Made by a program: the position numbers and the translations under genes. A stretch of 61,982 bases of DNA, filler included, from Sphacelaria rigidula (Eukaryota): assembly GCA_964200075.2 (NCBI GenBank). It is 9 parts of 9 records of this genome, joined end to end, with 100 filler letters (N's around TTAATTAATTAA, not from the genome) between each part and the next. Parts side by side here need not be neighbours in the genome. Positions count along the whole stretch, not along the records: positions 48,289 to 55,085 come from CAXNAA020018037.1; positions 55,186 to 61,982 come from CAXNAA020018038.1; 7 more parts are not named here. One strand, given 5' to 3'. Below, one piece after another: positions 49,827-61,982 of this stretch. The notes under the pieces were generated by a model. That model had not been told where the DNA came from. It ran no database searches and worked only from the letters and a program-made list of their open reading frames with translations. Numbering within the stretch: the first letter of the stretch is position 1; the number at the start of each line of letters is the position of its first letter.

Positions 49827-51280
49827 AGCCGGAGAAAGCGAGAGAGCTCTAGCTCTGCTGCAAACCATGCGGCCGCCAAGACCCGCTGTCACCAGCCCCT
49901 CCGCTACAAGATTTTCCATATCTCCCAAAGTCAGGCCATCCAATCGAAATAACGTATCCCCTGCTGCAAGTAATGGTAATATAAATAATGACAGGGGTGC
50001 GACGGTGGGTACTGCGCACCCTCACCCTCGCGCGGACGTGTTCACATGGAGCGTGGCCATGGCCGCTTGCATCGAGGGGGGGCTTTTCGAGAAGCCCGTG
50101 TGCATGCTCAAGGTGCTTTACGCAATGCACTGGTACTACTGTAAGGCAAAATCCACCACGGAGATGAAAATCAGAGACCCATAAATCTGGTGCGATATCA
50201 TCTCAAGAACACATGACAGGGTAGATTACATAATTATTTTCTCCTTTTTCTTCGTTGTAATTTTTTCCTCGCTCAAGCGAGGATGGGTCCGTAGTCTCAA
50301 GGGAGTAACCCATCTCTCATCTGGTACCTGCTCACGCTTTGGTATTCGTACGCACTTGTCACTGGATGCATGAGTGAACTCATGGTATATGGGTCCTCTA
50401 TTCTTGGAACGCATACTCGAAACGTGTTGACCCTGTCTGCCGTGCATAGCATATGAAGTCATGTGTAGTACCCCACATGGTCTTGGTAAGCGCTGCTGTC
50501 GTTTCTGCACCTATTTCGTAGATGGTAATACTATATGCTTCTATTTTGGTGCTATTTCAGCACGGGGAAACGACGTTCGGAAGTACGGCATCGTGGCACT
50601 AAGGCAGGAATACGTACCTGTGCATAGGGCTCGAAGTAAATTCAGAAGCTTGGGTTGGATTTTCTTGCTATGATGATTTTGCATGGGGCATACAGTATGT
50701 GCGGAAGAATAATCCATCGTCCACATTGTTGAAAATACAACAGGGTTCGTTTCCGTTGCAACAGAATAAATGCTCCGCCCGGGTACATGGAGAATTGAAA
50801 AACTTGTGACTTGTTGTATCGGCACACGTAGGCACTGCTTCTTCGCTAACCCAATCTAGCTGCCGCGTCCCCCGATACTTCTCTACTCCCTACATGTTGA
50901 TATAAAGCAAGATGCCGATGCCTGCGGTATTCTTTGAACGCTCCCACTTCTCAACATGTCAGGGCCCTAAATTCTCAGTCCTTGAGCCAACAACCTCCAG
51001 AGAGAAGTATTGATCTCCAATTTTCGGTGGGACTAAGCAGGCCGCCTCTACGGTTACACTGAAGGTGACACGAATTTTGCGCAAAACCTCGCACACCCCA
51101 TGTGTCATCCATTCAAAGGAAATGCGACAGGATGGGGTGACGCCAAATGTGATAAACTACAACCTGGTAGTTCGAGCGTTGGGCCGAGCGGGCAGATGGG
51201 AGCAGGCCCTGGAGCTGCTAGAAGAAATGACGCATGACGGCGTGGAGCCGGACCAGCGAACGTTCAACGCTGCAATCGAG
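49827..51280 (+). CDS. Pentatricopeptide repeat (PPR) protein, internal exons 49827-50112 and 51119-51280
   Basis: DVFTWSVAMAACIEGG..MLK|EMRQDGVTPNVINYNLVVRALGRAGRWEQALELLEEMTHDGVEPDQRTFNAAIE, canonical P-type PPR motifs; phase-0 GT-AG intron. Confidence 0.9.
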
Positions 51281-51299
51281 GTGATATCTCACTTGTGCT

Positions 51300-51470
51300 G
51301 CTCATACGTGCGTACGTACATTCGTACATGCGTACATGCGTACATACGTACATACGCACATACGTACATACGTACATAGATGAAGAGATACATAATAAGC
51401 AGATGTATACATACATGGGTGCGTACGCATATAATATATATATATATACATGCATACATACATACATACA
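51300..51470. repeat. (TACG/TACA)n microsatellite in an intron
   Basis: Read directly from the sequence. Confidence 0.85.
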
Positions 51471-52190
51471 TGTTGAAACCAAGTTTGTGTTCTGTTTAGA
51501 TGGGGTATACCCGAAAGTGGGGTATTTTTGGTTTTATCATAAACCGTACCAAAATGTGTACCGAACACTTCGGTATGGTCCGGCAGGGTATCGAGCCTTG
51601 TTCCAAACAATCCGGTATGGTTCGGAAGGGTATTGGCCTTCAAAATACCTCTTTTATACCCTTTGTATATACTGTATCCCAATTTCAGCCGGTATACCGG
51701 TATCCCCGGTAGAACACAACCTTGCATGTGTCTGTTCTTCGAAGCAAACGTTTAGTTCAAACCCGCAGTTGGAAAGGAAAAAATCGCAAGGCAGGAAGGA
51801 GAAGTAGCGTATATCGAAGATCATCTTGGAATGCTGCAATCGAGGTGGCTTTTTGCGTGTGTGCACATGTCGATGCGTGTACGAGGGAGTGCCCGCGGTT
51901 CAATGATACTGTATACAAAGCGTATCATTTGGATACGGAAAGCCGGTTGGTGCATTGAATGTCTCACATGCGGTAGAAAGGTCAACGTTGATACCGACTG
52001 TGATGTCAATATCGTTTTGTTCGTGCCTTGGCGTTTCGAGGGAACCAGACTTTTTAGGTTTTTACTCCATTTGGACTCGATTTCTTACTTAACGGGATTT
52101 TGGCTTGCGTTCAATCCCCGCGACGGGGTCAACCTTAATGATAGCTGATGCGATCGGCATCATGACTTTGTTTTTGCGTATACGCATATG

Positions 52191-52480
52191 GGGGGGTGTT
52201 TTCATGATCATGCATGCCATAGTCATAAGACCATTGACCTCGCATCCCTACAAAGCCGGGACGGAGCATGCCGGGTTTTCGTCGGGCCAGGCTCGCACTC
52301 AATCGCCAAGCGCGAAGCGCCGTGGTGAGTCCGGCGAGTCGCATGAAGGGAGAGCTGCATCCTGCTAACACTGTTCGGCGCGAAGCGTACTGGTTATATT
52401 GCATTTGGATGACAGCTTACAATGAGTTGCTTTATTTTGTGGTATCGCCACTTCCATAGACAGCCGCGGTTTATATACAC
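52191..52480 (+). repeat. Uninterrupted copy of a dispersed repeat (family also at 19957-20490, about 52715-52760, and 41392-41430 on the minus strand)
   Basis: catgatcatgcatgccatagtcataagac and attgacctcgcatcccta..gttcggcgcgaagcgtactg shared. Confidence 0.8.
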
Positions 52481-53023
52481 TGCCTCATGGGTGTCTGACC
52501 ATTTAAACACTACGTATTACGATCATCCCCATTATGCGAAGTTGAGGTTCTCCCACGCCGCACAACATGATCTCGCTCGACGACCATCATGGTTACCGCA
52601 AAAAAAAACGCAAGCGCGCAAAGCAATTGGTAACCTGGGTGCCTCGCTCAGGCAGTGAGTGGCGTGTTTAATAGCGTCATCGCCAACCGACACCAACCCC
52701 ATCGGGGGTCCGCCCCTACAAAGTCGAGACGGAGCACGCCGGGTTCTCGCCAGACCGGGCTATACGTATATGGGGGGGGGCTCAGGCCTTTCCGTTCAGT
52801 TGCACCTGGTGTTCATTTAGTCGTGTCCTTGGTTCAGAATTAGGAGGTTGTGATGTGATCGTATTGTGCGCGTGCGCAGGTATGGGAGGGCTGGCTTTTT
52901 TGTGAATCTATTTCTTGCCAGCATTTTTGTATTAACGTTATTCTGGGTTTGAGCTGAACGCCCGAAGCAGAGCCAACTTTGATACGTACCGGTGATGATT
53001 CGTGCGTGAAATACGGAAATAAT

Positions 53024-53510
53024 CGTACTCATTTGTTGCTTGCCTTAGTCATTTGACCATTGACCACGCATTCCTTCCAAGGCGGAGTACCGTCCCTTCC
53101 CCTAATAGAGACACCTCCATCATTTGGGCGCTCATTACGTTTGTTCCATGCATTACATACCTTCTCCCCTTCCTGTTTCGCCGATTGTAGCCATCTAGCT
53201 CCTAGCATAGTGATGGTGTTTTCGCCGCTGTCTAATGCGCCAAATGATTTCATGCCACCCTCGCCTGACCCCCCCATTTCCCCCTCTAACACGTTCCATT
53301 CCTCCTTAAATAGTTCACATTCTGCCACTATATGAGTCCTACTCACTATTTGCAAAAAAGGGCAATTCTGCATCTACTGCCCCCTCCACCCGACTACTGG
53401 TATACCTCTTTCTTTCCGGCAGGTTCAGGTCCTCAATCGCAGTTTCATTTTTTTCGCGTAGTCCATTCAGCCATGCAGATATGTTTTCACCCCTATCCCT
53501 TCGCTCAACC
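53024..53510 (-). mobile_element. 5'-truncated LINE ORF2 C-terminus
   Basis: DLNLPERKRYTSSR, SRTHIVAECELFKEE, WNKRNERPN..CVVNGQMTKASNK*. Confidence 0.85.
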
Positions 53511-54582
53511 CTGAGGAGGGCGGGGGAGGGGGGGAGCACGTGCTCATGTTTACTTGGACCTGTGATAAGCTCGAGTTCTGTTGTTCAAATTGACGGAGAA
53601 GCCCAGAAAAAATATATTTTTTGAGTAAAAAAGTGTATGTAACTCATGCAAAAAAATTACACCTCTTTCTTGAACAGAAAACCTGTTTCGTTTATCTTAT
53701 GGTGGTACACAACCAGGAGAAAGGAATTTTGTTCCGTTTTCGCGCCGCGTTTGAAACACGAGTTCTTTTTCTTGAAGGCGCCATGGGAGGGCGACAATAA
53801 CCACGTGGCTGGTATTGTTCGAGGACTGAGAATCGCAGGTATCAATCCGACGACATGCATATTAGTTTTCACCAGTAAGCTCTGCGCTCCCGATGGATGA
53901 ATGAATATGAGCACCCCGAAACCGGATGTCCAACGTCGTGAATCATTTCAGAGCCGAGTGTTTGGACCCACCACTCAAAACCAGGGAAGAAGAGAAGCGT
54001 GGAATATGACAGAAGCAGCTGGAGATTTTGAAAAGTTTGGAACTCGCATACGTTCGCGCATTCGCAGAACATGTACATTTTTTTTTCCACCACACCATGG
54101 ACAATAGATTACATTGTCACAAAGTGTACTGCGTACAGTGTGGAATCTGTTGTCTATTGTAATGGACGCAATAGTCTATAATGTACGCAGTATAATTTAT
54201 AACAATATATTCTTTTGTCATCATCCAGCGTGTGTTTTTTTTACGCGGCAGCAGCATGGCCTGTGCAATAGCTGGAAAATACCTAAGATCAGTTACTTCT
54301 TCTTCGCATTTTGTATATATGTACCGGCATGATACTCGTGTTCATGGACTTCTCTCGCCTAGTCGCTTGCTGAGAATTTTCGCGAAAATCAGAAAGTTGG
54401 CGCATTTTCGCACCAAAAAGCAGGAGAAACCGATGCACACGGTGGAAAATATGCGTGCAACAATGGCGATAGAAAAAAATGTACTACGTCAAGTATACAT
54501 CTACTGCTACTATCAACCAATAGTTACTTTGACGCGGTACATCTTTTCCCTATTGCGACTGTTGACCACATGTTGTCCAGGG

Positions 54583-54652
54583 GGCGTACTCATTTGTTGC
54601 TTGCCTTTGTCGTTCGACCATTGACCACGCATCCCTTTCGAGACGGAGCACC
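54583..54652 (-). mobile_element. 70-bp LINE 3'-end insertion with an 11-bp TSD
   Basis: GTTGTCCAGGG at 54572-54582 and 54653-54663 flank the family 3' terminus. Confidence 0.85.
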
Positions 54653-55085
54653 GTTGTCCAGGGTGTGAACTCTTCCGAAAACGCGTACCAACCTGCTACA
54701 GACCAACGGAAGTCGGCGCCAGGGTAGTCTGTTTCACACGTAAATGCTTGATATGCGTCCTTGTCCTCTCCAATGCTTCGACGAGAAGTTTCGGCGAGGG
54801 GCAAAATTTCAAAAATGCTTCGAATCCATTTCTGACAGTAACAATATCAACATTCGAGCATAAGGTGATGCCAGAGCATTTGTTGACATCGAAGATTACG
54901 ACATGCGTCCGTTGCATTTTCACGGTAGGTTTTGCATCCTTCTCCGTTGCATGGGTCTCAATAGTCAGCGCCAAACCGGCGAACCTGCATTCGTCCTAGT
55001 GAAATATCTGACTTTCATATCAAACTCAAAAGTGATGATGCAAGCCCCCTCGCCCCCCCCCCCCCTAAACCAGCTCCAAAACTGT

Positions 55086-55185
55086 NNNNNNNNNNNNNNN
55101 NNNNNNNNNNNNNNNNNNNNNNNNNNNNNTTAATTAATTAANNNNNNNNNNNNNNNNNNNNNNNNNNNNNNNNNNNNNNNNNNNN
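55086..55185. other. Artificial contig linker
   Basis: N44-TTAATTAATTAA-N44. Confidence 0.98.
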
Positions 55186-55318
55186 CCGAACCAACCTAGT
55201 AATGACCCAAAGCACATGGCCCACCCCCCCCCCCCCCCTATCGTAGGATGACTCTGCCATAACGATATATAGGGTGACATGTGTACCTGCTCACCGCGAG
55301 CGAACGCCTCAAACATAC

Positions 55319-56841
55319 CTCGCAGATGGTTGGGTGCATCCGATACTGAACCTCCAAAAAGTGATGGGCCGCTCCCGCTTCCAAGGCGCGCTCCATGAGA
55401 GACCTACAGTGATTACTGCCACCACCATCTTCCCGTACCTGCGAGAAGGGTCGTAATTGGTGTTGGTCTCCAATCAGCGTCAGGTTATTCACTCCCAAGG
55501 CAAGGATTACAGGCACCGCAGTCTCCAGGACACATGCCGCTTCGTCCATGATAGCTGTGTCCACGTTGAGGCTCGTGTTGGACATCGAGGAAGCTGCTGC
55601 GGATCCGACGTCCTGCGCGGCATTACGCGTCCCATCTTCCATCTCCCGCACCATCCGCTCGCTGCTGTCCACGGTGCAAAGGAGCACCTTCGTCTGGGTA
55701 TAAATCCGGTAGCGCGTGAGGTTTTCAAGTCTTGCGAGCATGGCCCTTGTCCTACACAGGCCGGGTTTGAGAAGCTTTCGCCAATTCTTGAGGGCGACAA
55801 CCTGCTTGTAGGTGCGTCGCTGTTCTGAGTCTCCGTTTTTGAGGCGGGTCATCCACACTTGGCGAAGCACGTGAGTAAGAGCCGCAACCCATAAACCAGC
55901 CGCTCTTCCCCTCTTCTTCAGCTGTTGCACTCTGTCCATCTCCCTTCGGCTTTGATTTGGGGTCAAGATATCGGCGGTGTCTGCCTTTTGCTGTACGTCG
56001 TGAAGTCGTTGAATGCCAGGAAACGCAGGAAGGTGAAGGCCGGTCCACGAAACCTTCTTCGCATCGTTGCAGGTGTCGTTCCAAAGTGACAGCTGTTTAC
56101 GCCAGAACACTAGTTCCGGATCACTTTTCATCCGCCCTGATATGGTGAAGCCCGATGCGTATTCGCCCAAACGCGCCTCAGCTCCGAAAACCTGTCGTGG
56201 ACAAGTGGGCATGATGAATACTGGAGCAAGAAAATGAATGCGAAACACTTCTGTGAATCAACAGGTCCAGGAATCGTGCGGGGGCGGCGTTTTACTGCTA
56301 CTGTACAAGTTGGTTGAGACATTCGTGGGATGCGCACCCGGGTCTACTGCGACCTTTGTAAACCACGGGGTCGCTTCTCCTGAGCACGTGCAGCAGCTTC
56401 GACGGCAAGTTACATGCGCAAAGCGGCATGTTCGGGCACCCGTTGTGTTGTGCCTGAGACTACAATGTCAGCGTCTTTCCACCATGACGCGCGAAGACAC
56501 GTATCAGACACGCATAAATATTGTTCGACGTCATGGCAGACCTTAGACTGCGCCGGGTCGATTCAAAATGCTTGTGAGGGCAGAGCTAGCTGTACAAGCA
56601 TATCCTTCCCAACCGTTGCGCAACGTTTAAATATGCAGCAGCTACGTTCTAGTGACAGCCGTGGAAGCCAATAGTCTCGAATTGTTACTGTGAACCCCGT
56701 TATTCACCAACACGCCGAAGGATTCCACTTTGCGTGTGACGGCATCAATGGCCTGATTTCTGGTGCACGTGACCATCGTGCGGCCTTCCGACGCCACTCG
56801 AGAGTTGATGACGTGCCAGATCGTCGTAGATTTTCCAGTTC
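55319..56841 (-). CDS. Upf1/DNA2(NAM7)-like superfamily 1 helicase, internal exons 56841-56708 and 56191-55319
   Basis: (G)TGKST Walker A, VTCTRNQAID (Ia), IMDEAA (II), LIGDQHQLRP (III), RSLMER, LEVQYRMHPTI; phase-0 GT-AG intron. Confidence 0.9.
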
Positions 56842-57289
56842 CTACCGAGCAGGGAATATGCGACAAACAAGTGGCTCGTTAAATAACATTGCGATGGGGG
56901 CCAGAGGCGAGCATCAGGCGGAGGGGTTCAGGTTCCAAGTCCTTCATCTCAGCTATTATTGTTGCAGTGCGGAAACTTCGTCATAAATGGTGCGAATTGG
57001 TGCGCGAAAAGGGACCCCAAAAACCATTCGCCAGCCACCCTCCCCGCCCCCCTGCCCCGGAGGCCGCTAGTAATGACGGGAAGCATGTGTCTTCCTGCTT
57101 CTCCATGATCATACGCATTTGGACCGCGACCTCACCACCGACGAGTTGCCTTCACGTGAGCAGGTCAGAACTGAGCAGCGTTTGTATCAGCTCCTTTTTT
57201 TGCGGGAGGGGGGGGGAATAGCTTGTGAGTCGCGCGTTCCGGAATTTATGCGCCGCATGCTGAAGGCAGTTTCTCGACTGCTCTACCCG

Positions 57290-57322
<33 letters not shown>

Positions 57323-58562
57323 CCCGCCGCACCCGAGGCCGCCCCCCCCCGCCGTAAACACCAATGCATGAATAGATCAAACCCCAAAAAGAAGTCGTAG
57401 ACAGGCAGCAGAGTCGTGCCGCGGTAGGGGTTGACGAAATATTTCTCTGGTTTCAATGGTGAGGAGCACTTCACCTTATCAAAAACGTGAGTTATGAAAA
57501 ACGTGATAACACAAAACGATTAACGTGCATTCCAATGAGCAAGGGATTTCCAGAATGATTTATTTCTTGGGATTGTCCTCATCCGTTCGGCTCTCGTGTA
57601 GGTCCTCAATAAGAAGTATCTGGGCTCAAAGGCGCAATCCCTACGGTGGCATGACTCAGCACTATCCCGACGACCAGGCTGGGCAGGGTGGTGTAGTTCA
57701 GGTGCACCACACGTCCTGCATTGTCACCTGATTTAAAACTGATCCGAATAATCGATTAAATGATCGAAACACGCTCGCTTCCGCTTCCCTCCGGGTAGTT
57801 GTTGCACAAGTGTATCCAATCCTATTACAAGCAGGCTCAGACGTGGAGAGGCATATTTCTCAAGAATGGCACTACACACACACTTTATATATATTACGCC
57901 AATGGAGTCGTGAGAGGCTGTTACTGGTATCGGGACCAAGGGCACAGCCATTTCTCGACGACCTGGTCGCGAGCTAGAGAATCGAATAAGTGATGGCATA
58001 AACCAGCCTGAGTAATCAGCTAGTAAGCACGCGGTGGTGTTCTGCACTGGACTTGTGTTAATATCGTCAAAATACTTGGATGTCAAGAACAGCCACCGGA
58101 ACTGAGAGAAACCGATCTGTCTGGTCCACGCTAGCTATAGTATGGCATTTCTCTTCATATTTGTAGGAAACAGGCACTATTACCAAATGTAGTGACCTTC
58201 TGAAACCGCAGTGGTGGAACTGCCGGGAAACCTTCAAAACTCACGGGCTAGTTCAAGCCCGTCCCCCAGAGTTCACTCATCCGCGAAGGATCACGATGAT
58301 TCTTGGATCGTGTGTCTATTTCTCCCTAATATATCGGGAGTCCCACAGTGTTGGGGGGTTACATGCTTGTTTTGAACCCCTGATAAATGTGGGGAAACAT
58401 ATCACAGTGTATATATATGCGTGTGTGGATACGATGTTCGAAGTATGTCCGATTGGCACAAACTCGAGCACATAATTAACGAGCTAACACGGGATTTTTT
58501 CAAGGAGGATGAACAACCTTGGAAACCTTGATGATTGTCGAAATGTTTTCGAGAGAGCAATA

Positions 58563-58799
58563 CTACGATAGGGGTTGCACTTTTTGCTTCTGTGTCTCGT
58601 TTTTGTGGGAGCCCAAATATATGGGGCTTACTGTGCAACCCAATTTTCCGGGGACAGGACATGGAGATGCACACAGAGTCCTTTTCGTGAATCGGCATCA
58701 TTTTCAGTCTTTTTCAAGTGAAAGTGATGCCGATTCTCAAAATGATTCGTGCAACACCCCGAGAAATATTTTCGCTCAAAAAGTGCAACCCTACCGTAG
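58563..58799. mobile_element. Mariner-like MITE
   Basis: TIRs CTACGATAGGGGTTGCACTTTTTG / CAAAAAGTGCAACCCTACCGTAG; flanks TA and CA. Confidence 0.6.
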
Positions 58800-58825
58800 C
58801 ATCACTCGAGAGTAATGCTTGTAAG

Positions 58826-59042
58826 TGCACTATCCGGCCGTGATGTGTGGCCTAGCTCATTCTCAAAACAATCCATCCGCAATTTGTAGAACCTCGCGTA
58901 CCTACCGGAGAATTTCAACCTTCGTTCATTCCCGTACAAGAAACTGCTGCTCTCGAATATCATAATTCCGTGTTATGAGATGTTACAAATTGCGGATGAA
59001 TTTGTTTTTAGGCGAAGCCGCACACCACGGCCGGATAGCGCA
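58826..59042. mobile_element. MITE
   Basis: TIRs TGCACTATCCGGCCGTG..ATCCGCAATTTGTA / TACAAATTGCGGAT..CACGGCCGGATAGCGCA. Confidence 0.7.
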
Positions 59043-59541
59043 TTTTCGTTGTGTCTTCGAATGTTTTCGGAGCCTATATGAAGGTTCCCGAGGATCACCC
59101 CGCAAAAAACCCCATCCTCCTCAATCCGTAAACGCATCTCGTGATAGCTGACTGTGAACTACGACCGCGGTCATCGAGAAGCTGTTTCGGGTGCAGCATG
59201 TTTCGTTTTCACTGTGCGAACGACGGTTGTCCGAGGTGGGGGTTATCAGTTAGTTGCCGTTGATTGTATCCGCTTGGTTGTATCAGCCGCATTTTCGAGT
59301 TTGAACGCTGGTGAAATCTACTCGGACCCAGAATGCGCAAAACAAACGAATTTCACTGCACCAATTCCGTCGCTTCTTCTCGTTGTTGACCCACATTGTT
59401 TTGAGAATCCACGGCCTGTGGATCGATATTTTGATGGAGAAGCGACCGGTTCGTGACTTCTGAGAGGTATGAATGTTCAAGGTTCTAGCGAAAAAGTCGG
59501 GTTCTTTCTCCCAGCTGCTCTTCTTCCTCCCACAATCCATT

Positions 59542-59835
59542 CCGCCGCGCCCCGGTCGTGTAGTAATGGTCCGACTATCGCCATTGGGATGGAAAGAACG
59601 AGGGTTCAATTTCCGATGCGTTGGGAGTTTTCCTCGAACGTCTGATTTCCACCGTGAAAAGAGAGAGAGCGTGAGTACACAAAATAATCGACTGTGTTGG
59701 TCTGAAGTGAGTTGACGCGGTCCGGGGGAGTGCTGACCCAATCCGCGAAACCAAAATGCAAGGCGTGTAGCGGGGAGCGATGGGTTGATCCCTTGAGACC
59801 ACGGACTCATCCCGAGAAGGGGGGGGGGTTCAACG
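59542..59835 (+). mobile_element. tRNA-derived SINE
   Basis: Colinear with 20133-20425 and with the head at 6727. Confidence 0.85.
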
Positions 59836-61204
59836 TGTTGAGGAATATGGTTGTCGTGGATACCGTTGTACTCCTCTCGGCAGGTGACTGCGGAGGTTGG
59901 CGCAGGCAGCTTTATGCTGACCTCGTCTTAGGAGTGAACACCGCAGGTGTCTGAACACGAATGTATATCCATTGTTACTTGTCCATGTAGCAAATCCCGA
60001 ACAAACAAAGAATCCCACACGGGAAGAACCTCAAGAAGAGAAGTGAAGAGAAGTGAAGAGAAGTGATGAAGAGTGAGACCATGTGGGATGGTCACAACGC
60101 ACATCGCTACACTTCTTTCCCACCTTGTCGAACAATCAATCGGTATTCCCATATTTAGGTATGTTTATCGAAAGCTCTCACTGTTGCATGCTCCGCCTAA
60201 TCTAGAAAGCATATTCAACCGCCAAATCTATTCATCTGGCGAGTTCTTGACCGACCTGCTACTACTAGTTAATGATACCTTTCCAGAACAACCTTCACAC
60301 CACAGCATTCTCGAAGGCTGCACAACAACTGCAATGGTTTCCTTTTGTCCCGCATAATGTCCCGCCTGTTACTCAGTGAACAAACCTCCGTATTTTAGCT
60401 TGATGCCACTAAACATTGACTCACATATGTTATGCAACATGAATTACGACAAATATGTACCATGTATCATTTCACTTCTTCACCACTTTTGCCGAGTTTT
60501 CTCTGGCGGCAAGGCATCTCATCACGCGCTTTCTTTTGCAGTGCGCAAAGAAGGCGCAGCGGTACATTACCTCTCAGGTTTGGGTGTCATCTGATACCAG
60601 TGGCGCGTGTTAGGGCCATCGAAAGCCGCCCGCACCGGCTCTTTTTCGCAGGGTGTCGATCCCGAACACAAAAGCCTTCCCAAGTTCATGAACAAATCAA
60701 GCTGCAAGATGATTCTTGGCGGGGTATTTCCTCCCCGTGTTTCTCTTCGTCGCGTTCGCGTTCATTTGGGAGCACGAGTACACCACTTATGCCGCCAATA
60801 TCACGAACATGAGAGCAATGCAGTTGAAACATTTTGAACGCTGCTATGGCCTTAGTCAGCAGCAAACACCAGACCGTACGGTGAGCCTTTGACGACCTGA
60901 ACAAGGCACACACGTGGGCAAACGTCCCCACTGTGAATCACCTGTATTGACCAGCAAATAGGGGTGCCGGAATCCCTGTGATCATGCAACCCGTAGGATA
61001 CACCTGTGAAGCATAGGCGCAGGGATATCCTTGTGACAGGGTTGACAGGTTTGTCCTTGTGACAGCGATGACAGGCACAGGGATGCCCTTGTGGTAGAGA
61101 TGATAGATATGGCCTTGTGACAAGGATGCATTCCTACACAAGTACTTCACAGATAGGACCTAAAGAAATGTACGTAAATAATGGTTGGTACTATGGAGAT
61201 GCCA

Positions 61205-61280
61205 CGAACCCTAACGCTAACCCTAACCCTAACATCGACCAAGGCATATCGACAACTCTCGGGCAAGGGGGGTGCAGAGT
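61205..61280 (+). repeat. Telomere-hexamer-containing dispersed repeat
   Basis: aaccctaacgctaaccctaaccctaac..ccaaggcata..ctcgggcaaggggggtgca; matches 4610-4680. Confidence 0.65.
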
Positions 61281-61289
61281 GTTTCTTAA

Positions 61290-61378
61290 CCCCTAGACCG
61301 CGAGGGTAGTCCATCTTGATCATGCATACTTCTCTCAAGTGAAATTGATGTCGATTTAGCAAAGTCGTCGTCAAAGGG
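61290..61378. mobile_element. piggyBac-like mini-MITE, second copy
   Basis: TTAA|CCCCTAGACCG.., homologous to the reverse complement of 46625-46722. Confidence 0.55.
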
Positions 61379-61982
61379 TTCAGGGCCGTTATTATCGACA
61401 CAGCTTTTCAGGAGATCGCCAAGACTTTAGGCGTTTACGGACCTGGCGCTTGGCCCTCGAAAATGAAGCGGCTAGATTTTTCTGCCAGGCCTTCACGTTT
61501 GGCGAACGCCAAATATTTCGGACCCTAGCGCAATACTCCGCAGAGCTGCCCTTGGCGGACGCCGTGGCGCTCGCAAGCTCGCGAGAATCATCAGGAACCT
61601 TGCAAGTGACACCCTGGGCTATGCCGTAGAGTAAAAGGCACCGCGGGTTGGCGGTGTATATTTTCTTAGACCGTGTGTGCCCCGGCAGCGGTGTTGGAGC
61701 TGTTGGGGTCAAGCAGGGTGGTCGTCGTTTGCTGACAATCGCGCTTTCGAAGTGAAGAGCGGAAACAATCAAATAACTACCTACTTGATTGCAGTGCTGC
61801 TTCGAGTGTACGCTACCGCACCGTCTGAAAAGTGTAAAGCTCGTGGTTTCATTGGGTGTATCTGCGCCAAGGGGCCGTACAGACTGGAATACGCTATTCA
61901 CCGCCCCAAATTCCCGAAAACCTCATTCTGGATGACGGGTGGGGGGGGGGGAGAATACCCCATTCTGGATGGGTAGGTACCC

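Noticed and set aside
51769-51844. Extra PPR exon ending NAAIE|gt
   Set aside because: Only the last few codons resemble the real exon end, and the nearest acceptor gives a frameshifting 76-nt exon.
22581-56841. KS, EHD, PPR and helicase as a functional gene cluster
   Set aside because: Each lies on a different, artificially joined contig.
61392-61901. 169-aa ORF as an upstream exon of the helicase
   Set aside because: No helicase motif, the expected GPP exon was not found, and linkage cannot be shown.

Overview
Eukaryotic, repeat-rich genomic DNA, probably from a brown alga or related stramenopile (inferred from GT-AG introns, TTAGGG-type telomeric hexamers and the style of the Gypsy elements). 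It is not one locus. Nine unlinked contigs sorted by length (6799, 6799, 6799, 6798, 6798, 6798, 6797, 6797, 6797 bp) are joined by artificial 100-nt N44-TTAATTAATTAA-N44 linkers. Spliced host-gene fragments that I could reconstruct: the 3' end of an atypical beta-ketoacyl synthase (3 exons), an EHD/RME-1-like helical domain with a Ser-rich extension (4 exons), a PPR protein (2 exons), a Upf1/DNA2-like SF1 helicase (2 exons) and a probable terminal exon of an unknown protein. Mobile DNA dominates: a frameshifted Ty3/Gypsy element (gag-PR-RT-RH-IN), a decayed Gypsy integrase, LINE 3' fragments, a tRNA-derived SINE family, a hAT-like non-autonomous element, and piggyBac-like, mariner-like and fold-back MITEs. 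The most unusual signal is a LINE family whose ORF2 stop codon is followed almost directly by an oligo(C) run instead of poly(A). Its copies sit in C-rich targets, and one has an 11-bp TSD that begins with CCC, which suggests C-tail/G-tract-primed retrotransposition. No CRISPR array, rRNA or true tRNA gene was found.
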